A stretch of DNA of 60,824 bases from Myxococcota bacterium (GCA_041288095.1 JBGGMJ010000047.1:1-60824); one strand, 5' to 3'; numbered from the stretch's first letter, positions 38,238-49,700 are shown. A program made the numbers and translations. The notes: a model not told the origin generated them from the sequence alone.

Positions 38238-40678
38238 CTGGCGGGCGGACCCCCCGGGACAATGCATCCATCGTGGTTTCCCGATTGGGAAAATACCTGC
38301 TGCTCGAGCATGTGAACCAGGGCGGCATGGCCGACGTCTTCTTGGCGAAGACGTTCGGGTTTGGGGGAGCCGACCAGCTCATCGCGCTGAAGTGTATTCG
38401 CCCGGAGGTCCAGGCGAACCACGACTTCATCACCATGTTCATCGACGAGGCCAAGCTGTCGGCCCTCTTGAGCCACGCCAACATCGCCAAGACCTTCGAG
38501 CTCGGGCGCATCGACAATTCGTACTTCATCGCCATGGAATACGTGAGCGGCCGCGATCTGCGTGCGCTGGTCGATCGAGCGCGGGCGCGTGGCATGGAGA
38601 TCCCGGTCGGGCTCGCGCTCTTCATCATCGCGTCCGTCCTCGAGGGGCTCGACTACGCGCATCGCAAGGCCGATCTCAAAGGCCAGCCTCTGCGCATCGT
38701 TCACAGCGACGTCAGCCCTCGCAACGTGCTCGTGGGCTATGCCGGCGAGGTGAAGCTCATCGACTTCGGGATTGCCCGCGCGGCCCAGGGCCCGTCCGCG
38801 ACCGAGGGGCACGGCAAGCTGGGATACATGTCGCCGGAGCAGGTCCGCGGTGAAGCCGTGGACGCGCGCTCGGACTTGTTCGCCGTCGGATCGCTGATGT
38901 TCGAGCTCCTGACCCGCTCGCGTCTTTTCGACGGCGCCAGTGACACGTCGGTGCGGGACAAGGTGAAGAACGCCGAGATCTTCCCGCCAACCCTCGTCGC
39001 CCCGAGCCTGCCGCCGGACATCGAAGCGATCGTCATGCGCGCGCTCGCCCGCAGACCCGACGACAGGTACCCTAACGCCGAGAGCATGCACCGCGAGATA
39101 GTCGAGGCCATGCTCCGCCATCACGGACAACCGCAACCGCGTGAGTTGGGCAACTTCGTGCGCCGCCTCTTCGACGAGGAACACCGTGAGGACCTGGCAC
39201 GGATTGAGCGCGCCATGAACGTCCAGACGACCACCGAGGGCGCTTCCAGCCCCGACTCCGACTCCGACGCGGGAGCCGAGCCGACCAGGATGGTCAACGT
39301 AGCCAAGTTGGCGCCGCTGATCGAAGAGACCACATCACCCGAGGCGACTCGCTTCGCCAGCATACTGCCGAGCGGCGTCATCCTCACCCACCCATTCGCC
39401 AAGCCCGCCGCCGCCGCTGCCGCCGCCGCGGCAGCGACCGCCGCCGCGAACAGCGCGCCACCCAAGGATCCCGCGATGACGCCGCCGGTCGTCGGCCCGG
39501 TGACAACCGGGGAGAGCGCGGCACCTGACCCGCAAGCGCCGGCGCCGCGCGAGAGCACGGCACGTGCCGCCGAAGCGGCCGTCGAGAACGCGATGAGTCG
39601 CGCCGCGGCGGAGCAGACCAGCAGCTGGGAATCGCCAACGGTGGGCCAACCGGCCGCACCGGCGGCGAAACCAGCGCTCGCGCCACGGTCGCTGACGGTT
39701 GCCACGCCGCTCAAGCCGCAGCCCATGACGGAGCTCGAGCGCACCGATGTCGACGACGAGCCGGACGGTGATACCGCGGTCGTGGCCCGCGACGCGGGCA
39801 CCGATCCGCGAGCCATGCGGTTCGATACCGACCGGCACCTGTCGCTTCCGCGGACTGCCGACGTCGAGACCGATGAAGAGCCCAATGACGGCGACACGGC
39901 GATCGTCCGCACCGACGGCACGCGCATCGCTTCACTCCACGATGTTGCGCAGCCCGACGAGGACGACTTCACCGATCGCATCCACAAGTCGCTCGCCATC
40001 TTGGGCGTGCACGAGGACAGCGACGCCGGGCTCGAGCCCACGCAAGTCGCCTTCAAGGCCGATGCGCTACGGCAGGGGCCGACGCCTCAGGGCGCGGCAC
40101 CGATTTCGGCCGGTACCGCCACCGTGCCGCCGCCAGCGAAGGTCCGCCGCGGGACCGTGGAGAGCCTCGCCGCGATCGGTATTACGCCCGCTCCCGCCGC
40201 TGGCGACGACGATGTCGATGACTCGACGGATCGCGTGATGCGCTCCGGCGGCGGCGCTCTCGAGCAAGTGCCGCGCGAGGTCACCATTATCGATCATTCA
40301 CGGCGCACCGCCGGCGTCGACGACTGGGCCCGCGAGGCGCGTGGCCAACGTCGCTCGGGCCTACGACGGGTGGTGCTCTTCGGGCTCGTTGGCTTGCTGG
40401 TCGCGGGAGGGGGCCTCGGGCTCCTGTGGCTGCGAGCCAATGGTCGCCTGCCGCGGGGCGCCTACGCCGTCGGCGGCCTCGTGGTCATCAGCCAGCCGGC
40501 GGGCGCCGAGGTCCTGATGGACGGGGTCGTCGTGGGAACGACGCCGTTCTCGTCGCAACGGGTTCCGACCGGCCACCATCAAATCGTCATTCGCGGTGTC
40601 TCCGGGAGACAGCGCGCCATCGAGATCCAGGTCAGGGAACGCGAAGTAGTGACGCGCGAAGTGAATCTCCTCGAGTGA
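38234..40678 (+). CDS. Ser/Thr protein kinase with long disordered linker, TM and PEGA domain
   Basis: GGMADVF, ALK, FIDEA, HSDVSPRN, DFGIAR, GYMSPEQ; SQPAGAEVLMDG. Confidence 0.93.
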   Translation: MTGGRTPRDNASIVVSRLGKYLLLEHVNQGGMADVFLAKTFGFGGADQLIALKCIRPEVQANHDFITMFIDEAKLSALLSHANIAKTFELGRIDNSYFIAMEYVSGRDLRALVDRARARGMEIPVGLALFIIASVLEGLDYAHRKADLKGQPLRIVHSDVSPRNVLVGYAGEVKLIDFGIARAAQGPSATEGHGKLGYMSPEQVRGEAVDARSDLFAVGSLMFELLTRSRLFDGASDTSVRDKVKNAEIFPPTLVAPSLPPDIEAIVMRALARRPDDRYPNAESMHREIVEAMLRHHGQPQPRELGNFVRRLFDEEHREDLARIERAMNVQTTTEGASSPDSDSDAGAEPTRMVNVAKLAPLIEETTSPEATRFASILPSGVILTHPFAKPAAAAAAAAAATAAANSAPPKDPAMTPPVVGPVTTGESAAPDPQAPAPRESTARAAEAAVENAMSRAAAEQTSSWESPTVGQPAAPAAKPALAPRSLTVATPLKPQPMTELERTDVDDEPDGDTAVVARDAGTDPRAMRFDTDRHLSLPRTADVETDEEPNDGDTAIVRTDGTRIASLHDVAQPDEDDFTDRIHKSLAILGVHEDSDAGLEPTQVAFKADALRQGPTPQGAAPISAGTATVPPPAKVRRGTVESLAAIGITPAPAAGDDDVDDSTDRVMRSGGGALEQVPREVTIIDHSRRTAGVDDWAREARGQRRSGLRRVVLFGLVGLLVAGGGLGLLWLRANGRLPRGAYAVGGLVVISQPAGAEVLMDGVVVGTTPFSSQRVPTGHHQIVIRGVSGRQRAIEIQVREREVVTREVNLLE

Positions 40679-40725
40679 TCCGCGGGAGATTGGGCGCGAC
40701 GGGCTCGAGCGGGTATGATCGAGCC

Positions 40726-41469
40726 GTGCGTCATTGCCTCATCGCTTCGATTCTCTTCGTCGCTGCTTTGTCCACTATGGCGGACGTGTCGGCCCAGGTG
40801 CAGCCGCAAGCGCCGGCGAAGGTCAAGGTCGTCGTCCTCGAGCTCAACGGCCTGGGCCTCCATGGCCGCGACGCCGAGCTTCCCAAGGCGCTTGGCACCT
40901 ATCTGCGCAACAGCGTCGCCACCATCGATGGTCTGCAGCTCCTGCCACCAGTCGACGTGCAGCTCGCGGTGCAGGCCTCGAAGAACCCCAAGCTCATCGA
41001 CTGCGCTGGCGGTGCCAAGTGCGCCACGGACATTGGTAAGCTGGTGGGAGCCGACCGAGTCATCTTCGGAGGCATCAGCGCCTTCGGCGAGGCCTACAGC
41101 CTCAACGCCCGCGTCATCGAGACGGCGACCGGCAAAGAGGTAGCACGCCACCAGGCGACCTTCGCCGGCTCGCGTGACGCGCTTATCCCCGAGATCCGGC
41201 TGGCCGCCTACAAGCTCCTCGCGCCCGAGCGCATCCTGGGCTCGCTCATGGTGCAGGCCGACGTCGACGGAGTTAGCGTCGAGATCGACGGCGAGCCGCG
41301 CGGCATGACTCCCCTAAGTGAGCCCATCAAGAATCTCGCGCCCGGCAAGCACACCGTGGTGCTCAAACGCTCCGGCTACTCGCAGTTCCAGCAAGAGCTG
41401 ACCATTCGCCCGTTCGAGACCGCGAAGCTCCAACTCAAGCTCGACCGGCCGGCCAAGGCCGAGCAGTGA
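40726..41469 (+). CDS. Secreted PEGA-domain protein
   Basis: Signal peptide; C-x4-C module, then VEIDGEPRGMTPL…LAPGKHTVVLKRSGY. Confidence 0.8.
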   Translation: MRHCLIASILFVAALSTMADVSAQVQPQAPAKVKVVVLELNGLGLHGRDAELPKALGTYLRNSVATIDGLQLLPPVDVQLAVQASKNPKLIDCAGGAKCATDIGKLVGADRVIFGGISAFGEAYSLNARVIETATGKEVARHQATFAGSRDALIPEIRLAAYKLLAPERILGSLMVQADVDGVSVEIDGEPRGMTPLSEPIKNLAPGKHTVVLKRSGYSQFQQELTIRPFETAKLQLKLDRPAKAEQ

Positions 41470-41795
41470 GCGACAGTCCCGAGGACCAGCAGGTAGTCGA
41501 AGCACTGCCACCGGTCTATTCGGTCGTGAAGGACGGGCGGCTGGTGGCTTACGCTCGCCGCGCGCTGCCGGAGGGCGGTGGAGCGGTGCGCCGCGCCAGC
41601 GGCAAGGAGCCAAGGATCTTGCACGCTATCGCGTACGGCGTCGTCGACTGCTTCGACAGCAAAGCGGCACCGACCATCGTCGCCAAGGCGCAGGAGGTCG
41701 AGACACTCGATGCCTTGCTGTTCGAGCTCAAGCTCGAGGGCTTCGACGTCCACGAAGGTGAAGCCAAGCCGAACGGCTCGCGCTGGACCTTCTAG
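41466..41795 (+). CDS. Hypothetical protein (109 aa)
   Basis: GTGA overlap with upstream gene; ends at the convergent ptsI stop. Confidence 0.65.
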   Translation: MSDSPEDQQVVEALPPVYSVVKDGRLVAYARRALPEGGGAVRRASGKEPRILHAIAYGVVDCFDSKAAPTIVAKAQEVETLDALLFELKLEGFDVHEGEAKPNGSRWTF

Positions 41796-43627
41796 GCCTC
41801 GGCTTCCTCGTCCGCATCCCAGGAGGGTTGCATCATCGTCTTGCTGCTCATGAACTGGCGGACGAGCTCGACGACTTCTTCGCGCTTGCTACAGGCGAGT
41901 GTCTCGGCAAGCAGCGCATCACACTCGCTCTTGGCGAGCTCGAGGACGAGGCGTTTCACCTTGGGGATCGACGTCGCGTTCATGCTGAGCTGGTCGAAGC
42001 CGAGGCCCAACAGTAGCGCTATGTTCTCGAGGTCTCCCGCCATCTCGCCGCAGACCGAAGTGTGAATGCCCGCCGCTTGGGCGGCGTCCGCGATGGCGCG
42101 CAGCGTCCGCAACACCGATGGATGCAATGGATGATTGAGATAGTCGACGCGCTCGTTGGTGCGGTCGGCCGCGAGCAGAAACTGCAGCAGATCGTTGGTG
42201 CCGACCGCGAAGAAATCGACGTGCTTCGCCAGATGGTCGGCGATGAACACGGCGCTCGGCACCTCGATCATGATGCCCACCGGCACGTCTGTTTTGTGCT
42301 GTACGCCCTCGCGGGTGAGGCGAGCCGAAACTTGGGCGATGACCTCCCGCGCGTCTTCGACCTCTTCGACCGCCGCCACCATCGGCAGCATGACACGCAC
42401 GTCGCCGTGCATCGCGGCACGCAACACACCCGCGATTTGCGGCTCGAAGATCTCGGGGTGCCGTAGGCAATAGCGGATGGCACGCAGCCCCAACGCGGGG
42501 TTCGCCTCGAGCTCCAGCGGCGCCATGCCCTGGAAGATCTTGTCGCCGCCAAGGTCGAAGGTGCGGATTGTCACCTGTCGGTCGCCGACCTCGGCGAGCA
42601 CCTTGCGGTACGTCTGATAGTGGTCGTCTTCGCTGGGTGGGTCGCGCCGTCCCAGGAACATGAACTCCGTGCGGTAGAGGCCGATCGCTTCGCCGCCGCG
42701 GCTGATCACGGTCGCGACTTCGACCGGTAGCTCGATGTTGCCGGCGACGCGGATGGAGTGCCCGTCGGTGGTTTGCGCCGGCAGTGCTTGCGCCTCGAGC
42801 AACTCGAGCGTCATGCGCTCGAAGACCACGCGTCGCCGCTCGCTGCGTTCGACCTGCGCCTTGGTTGGGCGCAGCAACACCTGACCTTCGAGGCCGTCGA
42901 TGATGATCTGATCGCCCGAGCCAGCCGCATCGACGATGCCGTGGGCGCCGACGACCGCAGGGATCTCGAGCGCGCGCGCGATGATCGAGCTGTGCGAAGT
43001 CTTGCCGCCGACCTCGGTGACGAACGCCTTGACCTTGTGCTGTGAGAGCACCGCGGTATCGACCGGCGAAAGGTCGTGCGCCACCAAGATCACGCCCTCG
43101 GCGTGGGTCGGCACTTCGGCGATGTCGTTCATCTGGCCGACGAGGTTGCGCAAGATGCGCTCACCCGCGAACTCGACGTCACCTTTGCGTTCGCGGAAGT
43201 ACGGGTCGGCGACGCTGTCGAAGAGACTGCGGATGCGGGCGATGACTTGCGACACCGCCCACTCGGCGTTCACGAGCTCGTCGCGGATGGTGCGTGACGC
43301 TTCGGTGAAGAGCGACCGATCGCGCAGCATCATCTCGTGCGCTTCGAGGATCGCCTTGTGGTCCATGGCGGACCCGGCGAACGAGGTGCGCACTGCTTCG
43401 AGCTGGGCCACCGAAGAGGTGATCGCGGCCTCGAGACGCGCGATCTCGGCGTCGGTGTCGCTGTTCTCGATATGGAAGCGACGAATACGCACGCTCCGCC
43501 GGTCGAGCAAGACGACGCGCCCGATGGCGACGCCCGCCGAGGTGCCGATGCCGCGAAAGACTCGCGGCCGGCCGCTGCCCGGCGGGACAATTTTCACGAC
43601 TCGAAGCCCCGATCGATCAACGCGCAA
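41792..43627 (-). CDS. ptsI: PEP-protein phosphotransferase (PTS Enzyme I)
   Basis: GGKTSHSSIIAR (phospho-His), GLYRTEF, EANPALGLRAIR, GTNDL, CGEMA; exact start uncertain. Confidence 0.95.
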   Translation of the reverse strand: MRVDRSGLRVVKIVPPGSGRPRVFRGIGTSAGVAIGRVVLLDRRSVRIRRFHIENSDTDAEIARLEAAITSSVAQLEAVRTSFAGSAMDHKAILEAHEMMLRDRSLFTEASRTIRDELVNAEWAVSQVIARIRSLFDSVADPYFRERKGDVEFAGERILRNLVGQMNDIAEVPTHAEGVILVAHDLSPVDTAVLSQHKVKAFVTEVGGKTSHSSIIARALEIPAVVGAHGIVDAAGSGDQIIIDGLEGQVLLRPTKAQVERSERRRVVFERMTLELLEAQALPAQTTDGHSIRVAGNIELPVEVATVISRGGEAIGLYRTEFMFLGRRDPPSEDDHYQTYRKVLAEVGDRQVTIRTFDLGGDKIFQGMAPLELEANPALGLRAIRYCLRHPEIFEPQIAGVLRAAMHGDVRVMLPMVAAVEEVEDAREVIAQVSARLTREGVQHKTDVPVGIMIEVPSAVFIADHLAKHVDFFAVGTNDLLQFLLAADRTNERVDYLNHPLHPSVLRTLRAIADAAQAAGIHTSVCGEMAGDLENIALLLGLGFDQLSMNATSIPKVKRLVLELAKSECDALLAETLACSKREEVVELVRQFMSSKTMMQPSWDADEEAEA

Positions 43628-43875
43628 AGCGCTTCCACGGCGCGCTCGGCGTCGCTGCCTTCGGCTTCGACCACGAGATCGGTGCCACGGCCGGCCGCGA
43701 GTGCAAGCACGCTCATGATGCTCTTGGCGTTGGCGCGCTGGCCACCTCCGCCATCGCGCTCCAGCGTGATCTCGCAGGTGAAACCACCAGCCATTTGTAC
43801 CAAGACCCCGGCGGCGCGCAGATGCAGCCCAAGATCGTTCGACACCCGTACGCTACGGCGGATACGCGGGTTCAC
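43594..43875 (-). CDS. ptsH: Phosphocarrier protein HPr
   Basis: GLHLRAA (His15) and NAKSIMSVL (Ser46). Confidence 0.95.
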   Translation of the reverse strand: MNPRIRRSVRVSNDLGLHLRAAGVLVQMAGGFTCEITLERDGGGGQRANAKSIMSVLALAAGRGTDLVVEAEGSDAERAVEALCALIDRGFES

Positions 43876-44294
43876 GACGCATTCTCCTTCACCGCGGCGC
43901 CCAGCACTTCGCTGGCGACGGCGATCGATCGCAAACCGGCTTCCTTGACCTGCCGGGCAGCGGTCGCGAGGTCTACATCTTTGACGCTGAGCTGCAGCGC
44001 CTTGATTGCCATGGGGAGATTGGCGCCTGTCAGCACTTCGACGACGCCGACCTTGTGGAGCGTGAGTCCGACGTTCGAAGGCGTGCCTCCGAACATGTCG
44101 GTGAGAATCAAGACCCCGCGGTCGCCTTGAACGCTCGTCACGGCTTCGCGCAGACGTGTTTCGTAGGTTTGCGTCGTATCGTCCTCGCTGATCTCCACGG
44201 CGACGAAACGTGTCGCGTCCGCGACGACCCCTCGCGCGGTCGCGAGTAGCGACGTCGCGAGACGGCTATGCGTTGCGATGACCACACCGATCAC
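43872..44294 (-). CDS. PTS mannose/fructose-type EIIA component
   Basis: MIGVVIATH, LTDMFGGTPSN, GANLPM. Confidence 0.93.
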   Translation of the reverse strand: MIGVVIATHSRLATSLLATARGVVADATRFVAVEISEDDTTQTYETRLREAVTSVQGDRGVLILTDMFGGTPSNVGLTLHKVGVVEVLTGANLPMAIKALQLSVKDVDLATAARQVKEAGLRSIAVASEVLGAAVKENAS

Positions 44295-45202
44295 GGCGAC
44301 TCCTTGGTGGTTTTCACGGTGGCTTCGGGCGGCCGGGCGAGCCGCGCGGCGTTGTGTACGTCGCGGTGACGCAAGTCGACGTTGAGGCCGAGCTCGCGCA
44401 GCTTGTCCGCGATAGAGGAGGCGATGACCACCGATCGATGCTGGCCACCGGTGCAGCCGACGGCGAGGGTGAGATACCGCTTGCCCTCGCTTTGGAAGCG
44501 CGGCGTAAGGAAACGAAGGAAGGCCATGGCCTGGTCGATGAACGCCACCGTCTCGGTGCTGTCGAGCACGTTCTTCGCCACTGCTTCGTCGAGCCCCGTT
44601 AGCTCGCGTAGTCCAGGCACGAAGAACGGGTTGGCAAGGAAGCGCACGTCGAACACCATGTCGGCGTCGAGAGGCAGGCCATGCTTGAAGCCGAAGCTCA
44701 ACACCGCGACGCGTAACGTGTCGCGCATGCCGACGCCTGCGATCTGCTCGATAACCCGAGCCTTCAGCTCGTGTGGCGACATCGCCGACGTGTCCAGCGT
44801 GTCGTCCGCGATCTCGCGCAGCGGCACGAGGAGCTCGCGCTCGCGCTCGATGGCGTCACGCAACCCGCCGCCGTTGTCGAGTGGGTGCTTGCGTCGTGTC
44901 TCGGAGTAGCGCCGCAGCAACGCCTCTTCGCGTGCCTCGAAGTAGACGACACGCACGGTGTGCATCGAGCGCAGCGTCTCGACCAGAGCCGGGGCCCCGC
45001 GCAGCGACGCGGGATTGCGCGCGTCCATCACCAGCACCACGCGTGCGGTGGTCGGATCATCGGGGAGGGTGCGGACCAGCTCCGAGACGAGCGACGTCGG
45101 CAGGTTGTCGACGCAGTAGAAGCCTTGATCCTCGAGGACGCGGACCGCCGTCGATTTGCCCGAGCCTGACTGGCCGGTAAGGATGACGATCTGGCGCTTC
45201 AT
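44291..45202 (-). CDS. rapZ: RNase adapter RapZ
   Basis: GQSGSGKS, CVDNLP, SETRRKHPL, SFGFKHG, DVRFL, GCTGGQHRSV. Confidence 0.96.
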   Translation of the reverse strand: MKRQIVILTGQSGSGKSTAVRVLEDQGFYCVDNLPTSLVSELVRTLPDDPTTARVVLVMDARNPASLRGAPALVETLRSMHTVRVVYFEAREEALLRRYSETRRKHPLDNGGGLRDAIERERELLVPLREIADDTLDTSAMSPHELKARVIEQIAGVGMRDTLRVAVLSFGFKHGLPLDADMVFDVRFLANPFFVPGLRELTGLDEAVAKNVLDSTETVAFIDQAMAFLRFLTPRFQSEGKRYLTLAVGCTGGQHRSVVIASSIADKLRELGLNVDLRHRDVHNAARLARPPEATVKTTKESP

Positions 45203-46143
45203 TCGCTCTCCACCGTGCCGCGCATCAGTCGGCGCTCGAGCGCCTCCTTGAACTTCATGGCGGCGTTGTGGCCGCGTAGCTTGAGGAGCTGGTTACGCGC
45301 CGCGACTTCGACAATGGAAGCGACGTTGCGGCCGGGGCGGATCGGCAGCCTGACCTTGGCGACGCCGACTTCGAGAATCGTCTCGTACAACTCATCGACG
45401 CCCAGCCGGTCGTACTGATCTTCGTTGCGCCACTCGGTCATTTCGACGACGAGCTCGACGCGCTTGCGATCGCGGACCGACGCGGCGCCGAAGAGGTCAG
45501 CGGCGTTGATGATGCCGAGGCCGCGCACCTCCATGTGGTGCTTGGTCACCTGCGGCGAGAAACCTTCGAGATAACCGGAGCGTCGTTTTACTTGTATTAC
45601 GTCGTCGGCGACGAGGCGGTGGCCTCGTAAGACCAAGTCCAACGCGCACTCGCTCTTGCCTACCCCAGAAGGACCGGTGAGCAGCACGCCGACGCCAAAA
45701 ACGTCGAGCAGGACGCCGTGCATCGACACCTCGGGCGAGAGGTGCTCGTCGAGGAACTGATGCACCCGACTCGTGAAGATGTGGGTGACGAGGGGTGTCC
45801 GGAATAGCGGAAGCTCGAGCCGCTCGCACATGGCGACGAGCTCGCCTTGCGGCATAAGGCCGCTGGTCACCACGAGGCAGGGGATGTTGACGCTCCCCAA
45901 ATACTCGACCGCGGCGCGGCGCGACTCTCCCTCGAGGCTTGCGAGGTACGAGATTTCGGTGGCCCCGACGACCTGCATGCGCCCGGGCTGCAATGAGGCG
46001 GTGAAGCCAGTCAGCGCCAAGCCCGGTCGCTGTGTGCGCACGTGATCGATCTCGCGGCGTAGGCCGGCGGCGCCGGCGACCAGCTCGAGCTCGAGCTTGA
46101 AGTCGGTGTCATCCCGCAGCGCTTTGGCGAGCACGGTCATCAA
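45199..46143 (-). CDS. hprK: HPr kinase/phosphorylase
   Basis: RPGLALTG, HGVLLDVFGVG, GPSGVGKSECAL, LVADD, EVRGLGII, PGRN. Confidence 0.96.
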   Translation of the reverse strand: MMTVLAKALRDDTDFKLELELVAGAAGLRREIDHVRTQRPGLALTGFTASLQPGRMQVVGATEISYLASLEGESRRAAVEYLGSVNIPCLVVTSGLMPQGELVAMCERLELPLFRTPLVTHIFTSRVHQFLDEHLSPEVSMHGVLLDVFGVGVLLTGPSGVGKSECALDLVLRGHRLVADDVIQVKRRSGYLEGFSPQVTKHHMEVRGLGIINAADLFGAASVRDRKRVELVVEMTEWRNEDQYDRLGVDELYETILEVGVAKVRLPIRPGRNVASIVEVAARNQLLKLRGHNAAMKFKEALERRLMRGTVESE

Positions 46144-46610
46144 CAGCGCGAATCCTCTTCGAGAAAGGCGCGGTAGAGCGGCGCTTGGCCGCCCGCGCGC
46201 TGGAGTCCTTCGCGAAACGCGGGGTTCTTCAAGAGACGCGAAATGCGAGCCAGCGCCTTCAAGTGAACGCCGGCGGAGTTCTCGGGAACGAGCAGCGCCA
46301 CCACTAGAGTCACGGGTTGTTGGTCGATGGCTTCGAAGGGAATGCCGCGCATACTGCGGCCAAACGCCGCGGTGAGACGCGCAAGGCCGGGCACCTTCGC
46401 GTGCGGGATGGCGACGCCTTCGCCAACGCCGGTCGAGCCGAGGCGCTCACGGTCGAGCAGGGCGCGCACCACGCGGTCCTCGGCGTCGCCGATGCCTGCA
46501 GCGAACGTACAAAGATGGTGCGCCATTTCACGGAGCACTCCCTCTTTGTCCGTCGCCTTGAGGTCGGGGAGAATCATCTCCTCGGTCAAGAACTCGCTGA
46601 TTCGCAACAT
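46140..46610 (-). CDS. ptsN: PTS EIIA-Ntr
   Basis: RERLGSTGVGEGVAIPH, HLKALARISRL. Confidence 0.92.
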   Translation of the reverse strand: MLRISEFLTEEMILPDLKATDKEGVLREMAHHLCTFAAGIGDAEDRVVRALLDRERLGSTGVGEGVAIPHAKVPGLARLTAAFGRSMRGIPFEAIDQQPVTLVVALLVPENSAGVHLKALARISRLLKNPAFREGLQRAGGQAPLYRAFLEEDSRC

Positions 46611-46700
46611 CGCGATGCCGCCCTCGTCACGCCCCGCGGCCAATGGCAGGCGCTCGCTCGGCTTGTAACACGCCGAGGGTGAAGGGGCACACCCTTGAGG

Positions 46701-49700
46701 CTAGTCGAGCATGAAGTAGCGAACCGTGTAGTGCCCGAGGGACACGTAGCGGTCGCCGATGCGCGGCCGGCTGATGAGGCCGGTGGTGGGGTTGACGTCG
46801 AGGTGGGAGCGGGCGCCGGGGCTTCGCGAATTGATGCCCGGGTCGTTGATGTTGAGACGCAGGCGAATGCCCCGACTGTCCAAAGCCCCGAGGAGTCGGT
46901 TCCAGTCGCCGCCGGTGGCCGCGACGGCCGCCTGTACGTCGGCGTTGGCAACTCGACGACCCTGCGCGTTGACGAACTCATAGCCCGTCAAGGCGACGAC
47001 GTGGCCGCTGTCCGACCCGCGAATGGAGGCACCGGGGCCCTCACGCGAGCGGACGCCGAGTTGGATGCCGGTGGTTTGCAGCTGCGTGAGCACCCGTTGC
47101 AAGAGCGGGCCGTCGAAACGCACTGCCTCGTTGTTGCCGACGCGCTCGCGGCCAACGTGACCGTCGCGCGCGCGAATCATGCGCAGCGTCGTCGGAATGC
47201 AGGTGCTGCCATCGGGCTGGACGTAGTGCGGGATGTTCAGGTCGGGCCCCGCCGCTCCGAGGTTTGCGAGACTCAAGGTACCGGTGCGATCGCGTACCAC
47301 GGGTTGGTCGGGCTGCGGGCGGACCCGCGGAGTCGGCGCCTCGGCGGCTTGTCCCTCGAGTAGACGCCGCTCCGGCGAGCTCGCCGGCAGCGCGGCGCGC
47401 GTCGCTTCGAGGATGCGTCGCGCGTCGGCGTTGGTGCGTGCGTGCTCACGCAGGCTCGTGGCGATCATGCGGCGCGCGTCGGCCTGAACCCGCTCGGCCA
47501 CTTGGGGGTTTGCAGTGGCGCCCGCCGCTTCGAGGAGCTGACTCATCGTCGGCTGCGGTCGCCCGTCGCCGCCCGCGTGGGGGAGATTGAAGGCGAAGGC
47601 GACGTTCGCGGCGAGGTCCTCCGGCTTGCCTCGCTGCAAGCGCTCCATGCGCAAGTGAAGCGCGGCGAAGCGGGTCTGCGGATCGGCCTGCGAGAGGTCC
47701 GCGCGCAGCAGTGCATCGGAGAGCTCGTTGTGCTGATGATCAGCGAGGTTCGGACGGGTATCCGGACGGCCGTCGCCCGGCAGGTGCGTTTGGCTGTAGG
47801 CCCTCGCGCGCGCGACCAAGGCGGTGTCGACACCGGCACGAATGTCGCGGACGGTCGGCGTATCGCCGGCAGCGGTGATCAGACCCAGGCGACGCTGGCG
47901 CTCGGTCGCGGCGGCGGCGGTCTCGTTCTCGGTCGGGCTGAGCTCGCGCGTGATCGCGCCAGCCAGATCAGCGGCGTCGGCGACGCCGTCCGGGCCTCGC
48001 GCGCGCCATTCCTCGAGGCTACGCGTGAGCGCCGCGGCGCGCGTCGCGTCGAGGTTGGCGAGCTGGTGGCGTGCGGCGTCATCGGCGGGCATCGGCCGCA
48101 ACCCGAGTCGCGTGTCGAGGTGGCCGCGGGCCACTGGATCGATCTGGTCACCCGCGCCGGCGAGCGCGGTTCGCAGGCCTGCCTGATAGGCGGCGAGCTG
48201 ACGGCGCGCCGATGGGGTTGGCACGGGCGCATCGCCGAGGCGTGCGAGCTCGGCGTTGCGGAGCTGTGTGCGCACGTCGGCGTGCATGGCGGCGGCGACG
48301 CGATCGTCATAACCGCCATCGGCGCGCGGGGTGCTGAGGATACGCAACCGCTCCGCCATCGCGCCTGCCTGCTGCGGATCACGTAGGTCGAGCGCCTGCT
48401 GCTCGCGCGCCTGAGCGCGTAGGGTCGCGGCGCGAATGGTGGCGGCGGCGGCCATGGTCAGGCGATCGGTGTTGTTCGCGAAACCAGCCGCCATGCTGGC
48501 GTCGATATCGCGCAGAGCCGCCGGGGGAAGGTTCGCGAGCGCTCGGTTTTCGCCCCCAGGTTGTGGGGTGCTCGCACCGATGGTCATGCCGAGGGCAGCG
48601 AGCTGCTCGGTGGTGTAACGATGTTCGCCGTCGGCCGCCACCGTCGGTGGGTCGTCGGCCCGGCGTGGGCGGATACCTTCCCAGAGACGCGCCGCGTCCG
48701 CGGGATTCATGGTCGCGAGCAAGTCGCGGGTGATTTCGTGACGTCGCGATAGCGGACCCTGCATGGCGGTCCGCGCGATGCGGTCGATGGCGGCACGGCG
48801 ATCTTCACCGGGCGGGCCACCCAGTTGGTCGAGTCTATCGAGCTCGGCCGCGAGGCCTTCCATGGGCCGCGTCGTCATGCCGCGCGCACCGGCAAAGCCT
48901 CGCTGGGCCGCCGTCACCGCTGCGTCCGTGACATCGCCCCCTCGAGCGATGGTGCGCAGGCGCGTGAAGCGGCCGGCGAGGTCCCCTTCGGGCGGGGCGA
49001 CGTTGCCGAGTGCCGCTGCGACGGCGGGGTTCGCGGCCCTGCCGACGACGGGCTCGAGCCGCGCCAGGAGATCGCGCTGCAGCTGCGCGCGCGCCGTGTC
49101 GGGCAGCGCCGAGTGCACCGGGTCTTCGGGGTTGCGCTCCATGAAGGCGGTCGACAAGCTGCGCGACCGATCGGGTCCGAAGGCGAACGTCGCGTCACGC
49201 GCAAGACGCTCGCGACCGGGGTCGGTGTCGAGATCGTAGCTCTCGCCCGCGCGTGCGCGCATCGCCGCAGCGCGGACGGTGGCCGCCGCGCCGGCGTTCT
49301 CGGGTGTCGCCGCGAGCGTGCCCGTGAGATGACGGTCGAGATCGCCGAGGACCTCGGGCGACATGCCGTCGAGTGTCGGATTGGCCACGCCGATGCGGGC
49401 GCGATCTTCCGCGACGTTGGCGCGCACCTGGTCGGCGATCCGCGTCACAGCCTGCTGATACGCGGCCGGATCGCCGCCCTGGCGCAGGCGCGCTAGATCG
49501 GCGGCGGTCGGGACGGCGTCGGCGGTGCGCTCGGGCGGCCGATCGCCGCTTTGCTGAACGATGGTGCCGGGAACGACTACCCCTCGCGTACCCGCCGGGG
49601 GCTCGCGCAACCGCTCACCGAGCCTGTCCGTGATCATGCTCTCGGGGACTTGGCTGAGGATCGAGCGGAGCTGCGTGCGGTAGGCTTGCGCCCCCGCGGC

